From Gammaproteobacteria bacterium (GTDB taxonomy: Bacteria > Pseudomonadota > Gammaproteobacteria > Steroidobacterales > Steroidobacteraceae), in contig JAXDQK010000023.1 in assembly GCA_034667905.1 (NCBI GenBank), forward strand, positions 13,467 to 77,466: DNA of 64,000 bases, written 5' to 3'. The position numbers and the translations under genes were made by a program. Below, one piece after another: positions 1-12,208 of the stretch; the stretch's first letter is position 1, and each line of letters begins with the position of its first letter. Under the pieces are notes generated by a model that did no database searches, had not been told where the DNA came from, and worked only from the letters and a program-made list of their open reading frames with translations.

Positions 1-86
1 GATCTCACGGATACGGCGGGCAATCAGCTGTGTGTATTGAGCACCGAAATCGAGAATGAGGACTCGGTCAGCATGAATGTCGAGCA

Positions 87-87
<1 letters not shown>
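1..87 (-). CDS. guaA: GMP synthase (glutamine-hydrolysing), first 29 codons only; gene runs off the left edge
   Basis: Not in the ORF track (too short). Reverse-strand ATG at 87-85 overlaps the guaB TGA at 89-87 (ATGA). My translation [29 protein letters not shown] matches the conserved GuaA N-terminus (RILILDFGSQYTQL). guaB-guaA order is the canonical operon. Confidence 0.85.
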
Positions 88-2970
<2,883 letters not shown>

Positions 2971-2974
<4 letters not shown>

Positions 2975-3783
2975 ATCGCTTCGCCTGGCTGTTTTTGTGC
3001 CTGTGTCCCTCTCTCGGCTTGGCCTATGTGTTGCCGCGCGAGAGCGCCGTGCCAGGCGGAATTAAAATAATCCATCTCGAGGTGCATGGCGACTCGATGC
3101 CTTATGTGGACGTCGATGGACATCGCGCCTTGGTCGTTCAGGACGGCGCGCAATGGCTCGCCGTTATTGGTATACCCCTATCGGCGCCGCTGGCGCCGCG
3201 CCACGTTACCATACGCACCCAAGAAGGGAGGCAGGAGGTCGATTTCCTCGTCAGCGACAAGCACTATGCCAGCCAATCCCTGAAGGTGGCCCCGGCCAAG
3301 GTGAATCTATCGCGCGCGGACCTCGAGCGCGTGGAGCGCGAGAAATCGACCATCGATCATGACTTGAGTCGCTGGTCGGACGATCAGCCACATTCGCTGC
3401 GTTGGGAACCACCGGTTCCGGGAGTACGCTCGAGTTCCTTCGGCATGCGCCGCATTTTCAACGGCGAGGCACGCAATCCGCATGGCGGCATGGACATTGC
3501 TGCGCCCGCGGGCACGCCGGTAAGAGTCCCCCTGGCAGGCACCGTCATCGACACCGGCAATTACTTTTTCAATGGCAATACGGTATTTGTCGATCATGGC
3601 CGAGGCTTGATCAGCATGTATTGTCACTTGAGCGCTGTCGAGGTCAAACCCGGCCAGCATGTCTCTGCCGGCGCAACTTTGGGTAAAGTCGGTATGACGG
3701 GCCGCGCGACCGGGCCGCATTTGCACTGGGGCTTGAGCTTGAACCGCGCCTGGGTGGATCCGGAACTATTCGTTCCGGATTGA
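2971..3783 (+). CDS. M23 family metallopeptidase (peptidoglycan DD-endopeptidase-like), secreted
   Basis: Signal-like N-terminus MNRFAWLFLCLCPSLGLA. M23 zinc motifs HGGMDIAAPAGTPV (HxxxD) and GPHLHWGLSLN (HxH). ATG 2971 overlaps the xseA TGA (ATGA). Confidence 0.9.
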
Positions 3784-3793
3784 GGGCCTAATT

Positions 3794-4399
3794 TTAAGAC
3801 CCGCTCATCATTTGATCGACGGCGATCGAGTCCATGGCCGGTGATATCGCGGCCTGGCGCAGGCGAGCGCTATGTTCTTGCACGGCCGCGCCCGATGGCT
3901 GCATTTCGATTTGACCCTGGAAAAAAGCACCTTCACTGATGCCGACGCGCGGTGCAAAGACGTTGCCTTTGACCTTGGCGGTGGCACGAATGCTGACCGA
4001 TTCGGTCGCGTACAGATCCCCCTCGACCTTGCCGTCGATGACGATGACCCGCGCGCGGATGTCGCCCTTCATCGTGCCGTCGGTGCCCACCGTGAGACTC
4101 TGGGTATGCGTGATCGAGCCCTCGACGCTTCCTTGAACGATCAAATCTTCTTGCGCCGACAATTCGCCTTTGAATCGCAAGGTCGGGCCCAATATCGAGG
4201 CCCGTGAGGCAGTTTCCGCTGCCTTGGCATCGGGGGCGCGTGCCGGTTCAGGTGTGCGTGCGACCGGCGATCGTGGTTCGCCACCCGGCACTCGCGGCTC
4301 TGGGCGAGTCAGGGAAGGCTCCGGGGCTCCTTGGCGGCTGCTGGCATTGGCATTCATCATTGGCTCATCTCCATTGAGAGGTTTTTTAAACCACGACAT
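3794..4399 (-). CDS. Bactofilin (polymer-forming cytoskeletal protein) with long Pro/Ala-rich N-terminal region
   Basis: C-terminal beta-helical bactofilin repeat pattern (LIVQGSVEGSITHTQSLTVGTDGTMKGDIRARVIVIDGKVEGDLYATESVSIRATAKVKGNVFAPRVGISEGAFFQGQIEM). N-terminus MSWFKKP resembles the bactofilin membrane-targeting motif. Starts 2 nt after the upstream paralog stop. Confidence 0.85.
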   Translation of the reverse strand: MSWFKKPLNGDEPMMNANASSRQGAPEPSLTRPEPRVPGGEPRSPVARTPEPARAPDAKAAETASRASILGPTLRFKGELSAQEDLIVQGSVEGSITHTQSLTVGTDGTMKGDIRARVIVIDGKVEGDLYATESVSIRATAKVKGNVFAPRVGISEGAFFQGQIEMQPSGAAVQEHSARLRQAAISPAMDSIAVDQMMSGS

Positions 4400-4401
4400 T
4401 G

Positions 4402-4812
4402 TTAGGCGACGCCACCGGCGGCTTTGGGCGGACGGACCGGCTCAAATTTACCCTGCTGCTGTGCAGCTTTCTTCCCGTCCATATCGATGCTGCCGCTAAA
4501 ATTGGCGCCTTCGGTGATGCTCACTGTGGGTGAGAATATATTCCCGCAGACCTTCGCCGAGTCCTTCACGAACACGGATTTCTCGGCATGCAGATCACCT
4601 TCTACGGTCCCCTCGACGATGATCAGTTGCGCTTTGATATTCGCCTTGACCGTGCCTTGCGGGCCCACAGTCAGGCGTTGCGTGTGAGTGATCGATCCTT
4701 CCACTCGCCCTTGAATCAGAAGATCCTCTTCGGCGGTCAAGTCGCCCTTGAAATATAGGGTCGGGCCCAGGACCGACGCTCGCTCGGTCGCACTATTGTA
4801 GGGATTGCTCAT
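4402..4812 (-). CDS. Bactofilin (polymer-forming cytoskeletal protein), short form
   Basis: 136 aa that is almost entirely the bactofilin (DUF583) core: LLIQGRVEGSITHTQRLTVGPQGTVKANIKAQLIIVEGTVEGDLHAEKSVFVKDSAKVCGNIFSPTVSITEGANFSGSIDM. Paralogous to 3794..4399. Confidence 0.88.
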   Translation of the reverse strand: MSNPYNSATERASVLGPTLYFKGDLTAEEDLLIQGRVEGSITHTQRLTVGPQGTVKANIKAQLIIVEGTVEGDLHAEKSVFVKDSAKVCGNIFSPTVSITEGANFSGSIDMDGKKAAQQQGKFEPVRPPKAAGGVA

Positions 4813-4962
4813 TCGGCGTTCTCCGTTGCCAGGATGGATCGTAGAGGCAGGCGAAGAGTACCCGGCATAATCAGTTTGAAAGTGAGATCTTGATCACGAA
4901 ACCTTGCGCTGCAAAGTTGCTGCAATAGCGCCTGTCGCAGAAAACGGACTTGGGATAAACCC

Positions 4963-5736
4963 TTAGGGCAAGGGTCGCTGCCGGACGAGATAGTCGTTAA
5001 GCGTATGCGCCAGCGAGACAAAATCCGAGGGGATCATTAGCACCGTGGTGCTGTTGTTCTCGGCGCCCACTTCGGCAATCATCTGCATGCGCCGCAACTC
5101 CAGCGCGGCTGGATTTGCGGTCATCTGCGCTGCGGCCGCCGATAACTTTACCGAGGCCTCGAATTCCGCTTCCGCCTTGATGATGCGCGCACGCTTTTCG
5201 CGAATGGCTTCCGCCTGCATGGCCATCACCTGCTGCATCGCTTTGGGCAATTCCACATCCTTCATCTCAAAGCGTTGCACTTCTAGACCCCAGGACGCCG
5301 TAGAACCGGAAATGCTGTCGCTCAGCAACGTGTTGATTTTGTTGCGCTCCTGAAGAATTTCATCCAGATCATGCTGGCCGATGATGTTGCGCAAACCGGT
5401 CAGCGCCAGTTGGTACACGGCAGCCGGCGCATCCGCCACCTCGATGACTGCTTTTGCCGCGTCAACGATGCGGTACCACAGCACGGCGTTAACCTTGATC
5501 GTCACGCTGTCACGCGTGATGGTTTCCTGCTGCTCGGCGGAGACCGTGCGCGTGCGGATATCCACCCGCACGGAGCGCTCGATTCCTAACGGAATGATCC
5601 AATACAAGCCCGGTCCGCGCAGTCCCCGGTAGCGCCCCAATCTGAACACCACACCGCGCTCGTACTCTTGCGCGACACGGAACCCCGACAATCCGATGAC
5701 GGCGATCGCGATCAATACCACATCGAGGATGGGCAA
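4963..5736 (-). CDS. SPFH/band-7 (stomatin-like, slipin) membrane protein
   Basis: N-terminal TM helix followed by VAQEYERGVVFRLGRY...GPGLYWIIP and a coiled Ala/Glu-rich region (AMQAEAIREKRARIIKAEAEFEAS), the hallmark of SPFH proteins. No NfeD partner is adjacent. Confidence 0.9.
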   Translation of the reverse strand: MPILDVVLIAIAVIGLSGFRVAQEYERGVVFRLGRYRGLRGPGLYWIIPLGIERSVRVDIRTRTVSAEQQETITRDSVTIKVNAVLWYRIVDAAKAVIEVADAPAAVYQLALTGLRNIIGQHDLDEILQERNKINTLLSDSISGSTASWGLEVQRFEMKDVELPKAMQQVMAMQAEAIREKRARIIKAEAEFEASVKLSAAAAQMTANPAALELRRMQMIAEVGAENNSTTVLMIPSDFVSLAHTLNDYLVRQRPLP

Positions 5737-5804
5737 GCTGGCGCTCCTTCTTTGCGCTAGCTTACGCTCATCCGTCGAAGGCGGCGATTCCTACTCGCCG
5801 CACT

Positions 5805-8800
5805 TCAGCGCAGTGAAAATTCCAGCCGCACCCGACCGTCCTGTTCGCGTGCCTTGTCGTTGGCCACCAGAAATACCCGCTCCGGATCGATCTGCGTACC
5901 GGTCAACAGAGCCTGTTGCAGGTTCATTGCTCTTTGCTGCCCTAAAGCGGTCAAGGCCGAGTCGTCGACTGCCATGTGCGAGTGCAATTCGCGGCTCAAG
6001 AACTCAATTTTTGCCGCGATAATTTCCGGTTTGGTTTTGATCGCCGCCACGGAGTCGGGGAATTTCGGTTCGGCACCAAAATCCTTGAGGTAAAGCTGCG
6101 TCAGCGTATCGAGCTGTGATCCGGGATCGAGTTGCTCAAACGCGATTGTGGCGTTGGGTGATTTCTTGCGAGCTCCCGCTTGGACTTCATGGATCTGCGC
6201 CTGAAACTTCGCTTCGACGAGGCTCGGGCGATCGAGTTCCTTCACCACCGCAATGGGAATCTCGATCTTCAGTTGCGGCCTCGCGTTCAACGCCTTGACC
6301 ATGCTTTGGGCTTTTTCGGTTGCGACGGGATCGAGATCAGCGGCACCGGGTTGAAAATCGACGAACTGCAGATCCGGACCGCCGCCGAACAATGCACCCA
6401 GCAGCGCAAAAGGTGCGGTGACCGCTTTCTCCAGAATATGGACGAAGACTTTCCAGATGATGGGGGCTAACTTAAATTGCGGATCGTCGAGCGAACCGGT
6501 GACGGGAAGATTCAGGTCGATCACACCGTCGCGATCTTTCAGCAGCGCCACGGCGAGCTTGACCGGCAGCGACACCGCGTCCTTGCTCTCCGTCTTTTCG
6601 CCGAACTCGAGTTGCTCGACGATGATGTGGTGCTGCGCGTCGAGCTTGCGGCCGTCGACTTTGTAGTGCAGTTCCGTGGTTAACTTACCCTTGCTGATGT
6701 TGTAACCCGCAAATTTTCCGGAATAAGGATTGAAAGTGCTGAGTTCGATATTGCGAAAACTCATTGTGAGGTCGGTATAAAGGGCCGCACTCAGCACATT
6801 GACCTCGCCGGCAATGGTCACGGGCGCGAAGGCACCCACCGAACCGTGCAGATCGACCTTCGCGCGCGAATTCGCCTTTGAGGACAGACCGAGCACAGTT
6901 CCTGCGAGATTCTGGATGCCAGTGGCAAAGTTCGGCATCACCGACAGGTCGGCGAAATTGGCCTCACTGGCCTCCAAAACGATTTTCTTGACGGACATGG
7001 GCATGGACGGCGCTGTGGATGCGGGCGCCGCGCGCGCCGCGGCTGCGCCAGTCGCGGGGCCTGGCTTTCGGTCCTTGCGAGGTAGAGGCGGTGCCGGCGC
7101 GGGTGCCGCCGTCGCGGCGACGGGTGGACTTCTGCTCCCGCTGGGCGCCACCAGGGTGGCGCCGGGGCCGGCCAATACGCGCTTCACGTTGATAGATTCA
7201 TCGGGCTCGATGATGACTCGCGCATAGAGCTTGCGGGCGAGGACTTGGTCGATATCGAGACGATCGGGATCGTGTTGGAAATTTAGCCCCTGAATGTCCA
7301 ATCGATCCCAGTTGATGAAGTCATCGTGTAAAGCGTTATCGACTGTGTGCAATTTTGCGACGCTGAAATTTCCGCCGAATTGCAAGGCAGGCTGTTTCGA
7401 GCCGTAGCGTACCTTGGCATCCCCGCTCAGAGCGCCGGCAAGCAGCGTCATGGACGTGTATTGCGCAATGTAGGGCTGAATCGCCCCCAGTTCGATGTCG
7501 GCCAGCTTTACGCTCAAATTCGCCGCGACGGGTTGGGGAGTGACATCCCCGGTCACATTCAAAGACCCAGTCCCATTGATCTTCGTGTCGAGCGACAGGG
7601 ACAAGGGCTTGGCAAGATTCAAGCTGGCGCCATCCACCTTGACGGATAACGGCGCGAGAAGCACTTTCGCGGCCGGCCGAGTCCGCCGATCCTCGGCCGA
7701 AATACTGGCGTCCCGAAGCGCAAATTCACGCAGATCATAGTGCCATTCCGGACCGGCGGCGGCGGCGGCCGCGACGGGCTGCGCAGTATCCGCCGACGCG
7801 CCAGACGGAGTTGCCGCGAGTTTCAATAAATTCAATGACCCGTCCGCCTCCAGCCACGTCACCAGCTTCACGCCCGTCAGGATTAGCGAATCGCTATGCG
7901 CTTGTCGCGGCTTCAAATCCACCGCAGTGCCGCTCACAATCAGCTCCGGCACCGTCACCCAATCGATGTCGGAATTCTTCGGTCTCACGGCAAGATCGGT
8001 CAGCGCGATCTTCGATACCTCTGCTTTGAAATCGACCTCGTCCTTTAGCGAGAACTTATACGTGGCCTTTACGTCGATCTTTCCTGAATTGACGAGAAAA
8101 CTAAGCTTATCCTCCAGGTATTCCCAAATCGTGTGCGCCTGCAATCCGGCGATCTGAAATTCACCGTCGGACTCGATCGGTTGCACCGATAAATGTCCAT
8201 GCCACTCGATTCGTTCGCCGAGCTTCGATGCGCCGGTGAAAGTAAAGCGCCCGCCCTCGACTCCTGTCTTGAAATTCTGCAGCTCAAAATTGATTGGTTC
8301 CAAGCGCGTGGCGAAGTCTGACGGGTGCCTCCGATCGTCGAACGACAAAAACCCTTGCGTAACTTTGAATGAACCGATACGCAGCGCCGGTATGGGTTGC
8401 GCGTTCTTAGGTTGAGGCTTTGGCTTCTGCGCCGGCTTGGGACTCAACTGCGCCAAGTTCAAACTACCGTCGTTGAATATCACGGCGTTGGCAAAGGGCG
8501 ACGCCATGTCTATATGGCTAAAGGTGTAGGCCCGGTGCCAGAGCGATGAGACTTGAAAATCGATGAAGAGCCGCCCGAATCCCACCAGCTTTGTGCCATT
8601 CGGCCCGGTCAGATGGAAATCGTTGACCTCGACTTGAAGCAAGAATGGATTGACGCGAACATCGCCGACGGTTGGTTTGACGCCGACCAGCGCTTTCGGA
8701 ATCTCATCCAGCAGCGCCTTGCGCAGCAACTTCGGCGCCAGCCAAAACCCGGAGATCGCATACAAGGCGACGAGCAGCGCCACGATGCCCAGAATTCGAA

Positions 8801-8828
8801 AGGTTTTTGTTTTGAGGATCTGCAGCAA
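5805..8828 (-). CDS. DUF748 domain protein (AsmA-like clan), 1007 aa, N-terminally anchored
   Basis: N-terminal TM (FRILGIVALLVALYAISGFWLAP) followed by VGDVRVNPFLLQVEVNDFHLTGPNG, typical of the DUF748 start. Long beta-rich body with an internal Pro/Ala-rich linker. Size and architecture fit AsmA-like envelope-spanning proteins. Confidence 0.78.
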   Translation of the reverse strand: MLQILKTKTFRILGIVALLVALYAISGFWLAPKLLRKALLDEIPKALVGVKPTVGDVRVNPFLLQVEVNDFHLTGPNGTKLVGFGRLFIDFQVSSLWHRAYTFSHIDMASPFANAVIFNDGSLNLAQLSPKPAQKPKPQPKNAQPIPALRIGSFKVTQGFLSFDDRRHPSDFATRLEPINFELQNFKTGVEGGRFTFTGASKLGERIEWHGHLSVQPIESDGEFQIAGLQAHTIWEYLEDKLSFLVNSGKIDVKATYKFSLKDEVDFKAEVSKIALTDLAVRPKNSDIDWVTVPELIVSGTAVDLKPRQAHSDSLILTGVKLVTWLEADGSLNLLKLAATPSGASADTAQPVAAAAAAGPEWHYDLREFALRDASISAEDRRTRPAAKVLLAPLSVKVDGASLNLAKPLSLSLDTKINGTGSLNVTGDVTPQPVAANLSVKLADIELGAIQPYIAQYTSMTLLAGALSGDAKVRYGSKQPALQFGGNFSVAKLHTVDNALHDDFINWDRLDIQGLNFQHDPDRLDIDQVLARKLYARVIIEPDESINVKRVLAGPGATLVAPSGSRSPPVAATAAPAPAPPLPRKDRKPGPATGAAAARAAPASTAPSMPMSVKKIVLEASEANFADLSVMPNFATGIQNLAGTVLGLSSKANSRAKVDLHGSVGAFAPVTIAGEVNVLSAALYTDLTMSFRNIELSTFNPYSGKFAGYNISKGKLTTELHYKVDGRKLDAQHHIIVEQLEFGEKTESKDAVSLPVKLAVALLKDRDGVIDLNLPVTGSLDDPQFKLAPIIWKVFVHILEKAVTAPFALLGALFGGGPDLQFVDFQPGAADLDPVATEKAQSMVKALNARPQLKIEIPIAVVKELDRPSLVEAKFQAQIHEVQAGARKKSPNATIAFEQLDPGSQLDTLTQLYLKDFGAEPKFPDSVAAIKTKPEIIAAKIEFLSRELHSHMAVDDSALTALGQQRAMNLQQALLTGTQIDPERVFLVANDKAREQDGRVRLEFSLR

Positions 8829-8863
8829 GGGGGTACCCCATCGTGTTACCGCCGCTTCAGATC

Positions 8864-10246
8864 TTAACGCTTATTGCGCTGAATCAACCGTTTGCGTTTG
8901 CGTACTTGGCGGGGGGTCAGGGGGTTGCGTTTGCCGGCGAAAGGGTTCTCATCTCCGCGAAAAGCCACGCTGACCGGGGTGCCCACCAGGTCAAAGGCTT
9001 TGCGATAGACATTGACCAGGTAGCGCCGGTAGGCGTCGGGCACCCGATCGGTCTGGTTACCGTGAATCACGACCACGGGCGGGTTGCGGCCGCCCTGGTG
9101 CGCGTAGCGAAGCTTGATACGCCGCCCACTGACCAACGGCGGCTGATGGCTTTCGATCGCCGCCTCCAAGACGCGCGTCAGTTCAGGCGTGCTCATATCG
9201 CGCATGGCGGCCGCATAGACTTTATTGACCGAGGCAAACAACTCCCCGACACCGCTGCCATGCCGTGCGGAGATGAAATGCAGCGGCGCAAAATCCGCGA
9301 ATTGCAGCCGTTGCTCAATTTGCTGGCGGATCAAATCGCGCTGTTCAGTCTGAATGTTATCCCACTTGTTGACCGCTAAAACCAAAGCGCGGCCCTGCTC
9401 GATCACCGTGCCCAGCAGGCTCGCATCCTGCTCTGCCACCGCATCCTGGGCATCCATTACCACAACGACCACATGGGCGGATTCGATGGCTTGCAGGGTT
9501 TTGATGACGCTGAATTTTTCGACTGTCTCCTCGACACGCGAGCGGCGGCGCACGCCTGCGGTATCGATCAAGGTATAGCGTTCGCCGTCGCGTTCGAACG
9601 GCACCAGCACCGCGTCGCGGGTGGTACCGGGCTGATCGAAGGCGACCATGCGATTCTCGCCCAGCAGCCTGTTGATCAAGGTGCTCTTGCCGACATTCGG
9701 CCGACCGATCACGGCAACCTTGATGCCCTGCATGTCCGGTCCGTCTTGCGGATCCGGAGTCAGCCCGGCAAGCACTGTTTCGAGCAGTGAAATCACACCC
9801 TGATCATGGGCCGACGAGATCGGCAGCGGCTCACCCAATCCAAGCTGGTGAAAGTCCGCCACTGCCACATCCTGATCGAACCCTTCGGTCTTGTTCACTG
9901 CCAGAAATAGCGGCTTGCCGCTGCGCCGCGCCAGCTGTGCAACAAATTGATCTTGAGGCGTGACACCGGCGCGGCCATCGACCATGACGATGATCCGGTC
10001 CGCTTCGCTGATCGCGCGTTCGGTTTGCGCGATCATCAAGCTCTCGATCATATCGGCATTCTCGACCAGACCGCCTGTGTCCACCACGATGCAAGGTACC
10101 TCGGTGCGGCGCGCGAATCCGTATTGCCGGTCGCGCGTCAGGCCTGGCAAATCCGCCACCAAGGCATCGCGGGTGCCTGTCATGGCATTGAACAGGGTCG
10201 ACTTGCCCACGTTGGGGCGACCAATCAATGCGACGACCGGCAGCAT
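8864..10246 (-). CDS. der: Ribosome-associated GTPase Der (EngA)
   Basis: ORF 8864..10429 trimmed to ATG 10246 (MLPVVALIGRPNVGKSTLFN). The upstream 61 codons are the antisense of the bamB Pro-rich tail. Two G domains (GRPNVGKSTLFN, GRPNVGKSTLIN) plus a KH-like C-terminus. Confidence 0.95.
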   Translation of the reverse strand: MLPVVALIGRPNVGKSTLFNAMTGTRDALVADLPGLTRDRQYGFARRTEVPCIVVDTGGLVENADMIESLMIAQTERAISEADRIIVMVDGRAGVTPQDQFVAQLARRSGKPLFLAVNKTEGFDQDVAVADFHQLGLGEPLPISSAHDQGVISLLETVLAGLTPDPQDGPDMQGIKVAVIGRPNVGKSTLINRLLGENRMVAFDQPGTTRDAVLVPFERDGERYTLIDTAGVRRRSRVEETVEKFSVIKTLQAIESAHVVVVVMDAQDAVAEQDASLLGTVIEQGRALVLAVNKWDNIQTEQRDLIRQQIEQRLQFADFAPLHFISARHGSGVGELFASVNKVYAAAMRDMSTPELTRVLEAAIESHQPPLVSGRRIKLRYAHQGGRNPPVVVIHGNQTDRVPDAYRRYLVNVYRKAFDLVGTPVSVAFRGDENPFAGKRNPLTPRQVRKRKRLIQRNKR

Positions 10247-10259
10247 TGCCTTTAGGATC

Positions 10260-11552
10260 TTAGGGTGGCGAAGTCGCTGGCGGCGGCACGGCGTCCGGCG
10301 GCTCGGCGTCAGGCGGCACGGCAGCGGGAGCCTTAGTGGGGTCCGTCTCGACGGGCGGCGCCGGGGGCGCAGGTGTCGCGACGGGCGCCGCAGCCCGGGT
10401 CCGCACGCGTAGCTCGGAACGGTACGCAACCAGGGTACCGCCGTCGGTCAAGACCACAATGGTGTTATTGGCGCCCGCCGGCGGGTTGGAAACCCGCTGC
10501 TTCGCTACGCGTTCCCGCGCCACCAGTTCACCGGTTTTCTTGTCCAGCCAGTGGACATAGCCCTGAAAGTCCGCGATGGCAATCGCGGTGCTGCTCACGA
10601 TGGGCGTGCTCAGGCCGCGGCGCTTGAGCTTTTCATTTCGCCACAGCTCCGCGCCGTCGCGCTGGCGCATCGCCACCACAATCCCGTCCGATTGAGTCAC
10701 GTAGAGATTCTCATCATCGATCGCCAGCCCGCGATAGCTCGACATGTCGTGCGACCACCAAAGTTGTCCCGAGTCGAGCGCGAGCATCGCCGTGCGCCCC
10801 TGGAACCCGGCAGCGAATACATTGTCGCCGACCACGCGGACGGCCGAATCGATATCGACCAGCCGATCCAGTTCCGTACGGCCGTGCGGCGAAGCCAATG
10901 CGGTGTCCCAAACGGTATCCCCGGTGATGAGCGAGACCGCCATGACCTTGCCGTTGTCGAATCCGCTGATGGCGACTTCTTTGGCCACCACGGGGATGGC
11001 CGTGCCCCGCAAGCTTAAGCGAGGAACTTGCTGCTCGACTGACCATAGCTCTTTGCCGCTGTGGGTATCGAGACCGTGCAAGCGACCATCGACCGAACGT
11101 ATCACCACGACTTTTTCGCTGATGGCAGGAGATGAGAGCAGTTCAGAATTGACCTGCGAGCGCCACAGCTGACGGCCGGTGGCGCCGTCCAATGCTATGA
11201 CCGCCCCCTTGCTGCTGCCCGCCACGACGATGCCGAAGCCTGCGGCAGGGCCGGCAGAGATGGGGATTTTCAATTTCTTGACCCAGACGGTACGGCCCGA
11301 ATCCAGGGTCACGGCAAGAACTTCACCCTTGTGACTCGCCGCGAACACCACACCGTTGTCGATTGCAGGTCCCAACCCCAAGCGGAGCTTGAGCTGTTTC
11401 TTCCCGCCACCCACGCCTTCGCTCCAAAGCTTCTTGACCGGCAGCGTCGCTGGAAATTTGGCCAATGTCGCCGGGGGCTCGATGTCTTTGTCCTTGCTGC
11501 AGCCGGCAGCCAACAACAACGCCGCGAAACTCAACGAAAGCAATACACGCAT
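10260..11552 (-). CDS. bamB: Outer membrane protein assembly factor BamB, with about 45-aa Pro-rich C-terminal tail
   Basis: Lipobox LLAAGCS. Repeated PQQ-like beta-propeller blades (VVFAASHKGEVLAVTLDSGRTVW, AVIALDGATGRQLW, RLHGLDTHSGKELW). ATG overlaps the yfgM TGA (ATGA at 11550-11554). Conserved yfgM-bamB-der order. Confidence 0.9.
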   Translation of the reverse strand: MRVLLSLSFAALLLAAGCSKDKDIEPPATLAKFPATLPVKKLWSEGVGGGKKQLKLRLGLGPAIDNGVVFAASHKGEVLAVTLDSGRTVWVKKLKIPISAGPAAGFGIVVAGSSKGAVIALDGATGRQLWRSQVNSELLSSPAISEKVVVIRSVDGRLHGLDTHSGKELWSVEQQVPRLSLRGTAIPVVAKEVAISGFDNGKVMAVSLITGDTVWDTALASPHGRTELDRLVDIDSAVRVVGDNVFAAGFQGRTAMLALDSGQLWWSHDMSSYRGLAIDDENLYVTQSDGIVVAMRQRDGAELWRNEKLKRRGLSTPIVSSTAIAIADFQGYVHWLDKKTGELVARERVAKQRVSNPPAGANNTIVVLTDGGTLVAYRSELRVRTRAAAPVATPAPPAPPVETDPTKAPAAVPPDAEPPDAVPPPATSPP

Positions 11553-12208
11553 CAGTTTTTGGCCTTTTCGGTCGTGGCAAGATCGGCGATCTTGAGCTGC
11601 AGAATGGCGGCATCCGCGCCGCCATCGCTCGCGCCCAATGCCGCGTTATATTCGGCTAGAGCGCCTGCAATGTCCTTCTTTGCGTGGAGCGCGTCCCCGT
11701 GGATCTCGTGGTAGCGGGCTGCGAAGCTACCCGGCGCGCCGGCAGCGAGTATTTTGATGGCATCATCCGGTTTGCCCTGATCGATCAAGACGCGCGCCAG
11801 GCGCAGGCGTGCGATTTGCCGCAGCTCCGCATCCTTGGAATTGTTCATTACCTGGGTCAAGGGAGGCACGGCATCGGCCGACTTGCCGCTTTCGACTTCC
11901 ATGCGGGCGATGGTCAAGCGCGCCTGGTCGGCATACGGCGATTCGGGAAAGTCCTTGATGAGTCCCTCCGCAATATGCCGGGATCTATTGCCATCATCGT
12001 CTGATTGCAGCGCGCCGGTCATCTGGCTGAATTGGTCCGCAGCGCGCAAAGCGACCTCATTCTTGTGCGACTGATAGCGCTGATACCCGTACCACCCGCC
12101 CACGCCCAGAATGATGCCCCCCAATATCCACGGGACATATTCCTTAAAAGCGTGCTTGACGGCTTCAAGTTGTTCATCGTCGGTTAGATATTCTTCAGCC
12201 ATGGTCAT
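11552..12208 (-). CDS. yfgM: YfgM family protein (TPR-like, single N-terminal TM; ancillary SecYEG-associated)
   Basis: DDEQLEAVKHAFKEYVPWILGGIILGVGGWYGYQRY then a TPR-like periplasmic domain. Sits in the conserved position between hisS and bamB. Alternative ATG at 12202. Confidence 0.8.
   Translation of the reverse strand: MTMAEEYLTDDEQLEAVKHAFKEYVPWILGGIILGVGGWYGYQRYQSHKNEVALRAADQFSQMTGALQSDDDGNRSRHIAEGLIKDFPESPYADQARLTIARMEVESGKSADAVPPLTQVMNNSKDAELRQIARLRLARVLIDQGKPDDAIKILAAGAPGSFAARYHEIHGDALHAKKDIAGALAEYNAALGASDGGADAAILQLKIADLATTEKAKN

Noticed and set aside
5781-5801. 7-bp GC hairpin GCGGCGA-n7-TCGCCGC between the DUF748 and SPFH genes, considered as a terminator
   Set aside because: No U-tract follows on either strand, so it is not a canonical intrinsic terminator. 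It may be a processing or stability element, but nothing supports a specific call.
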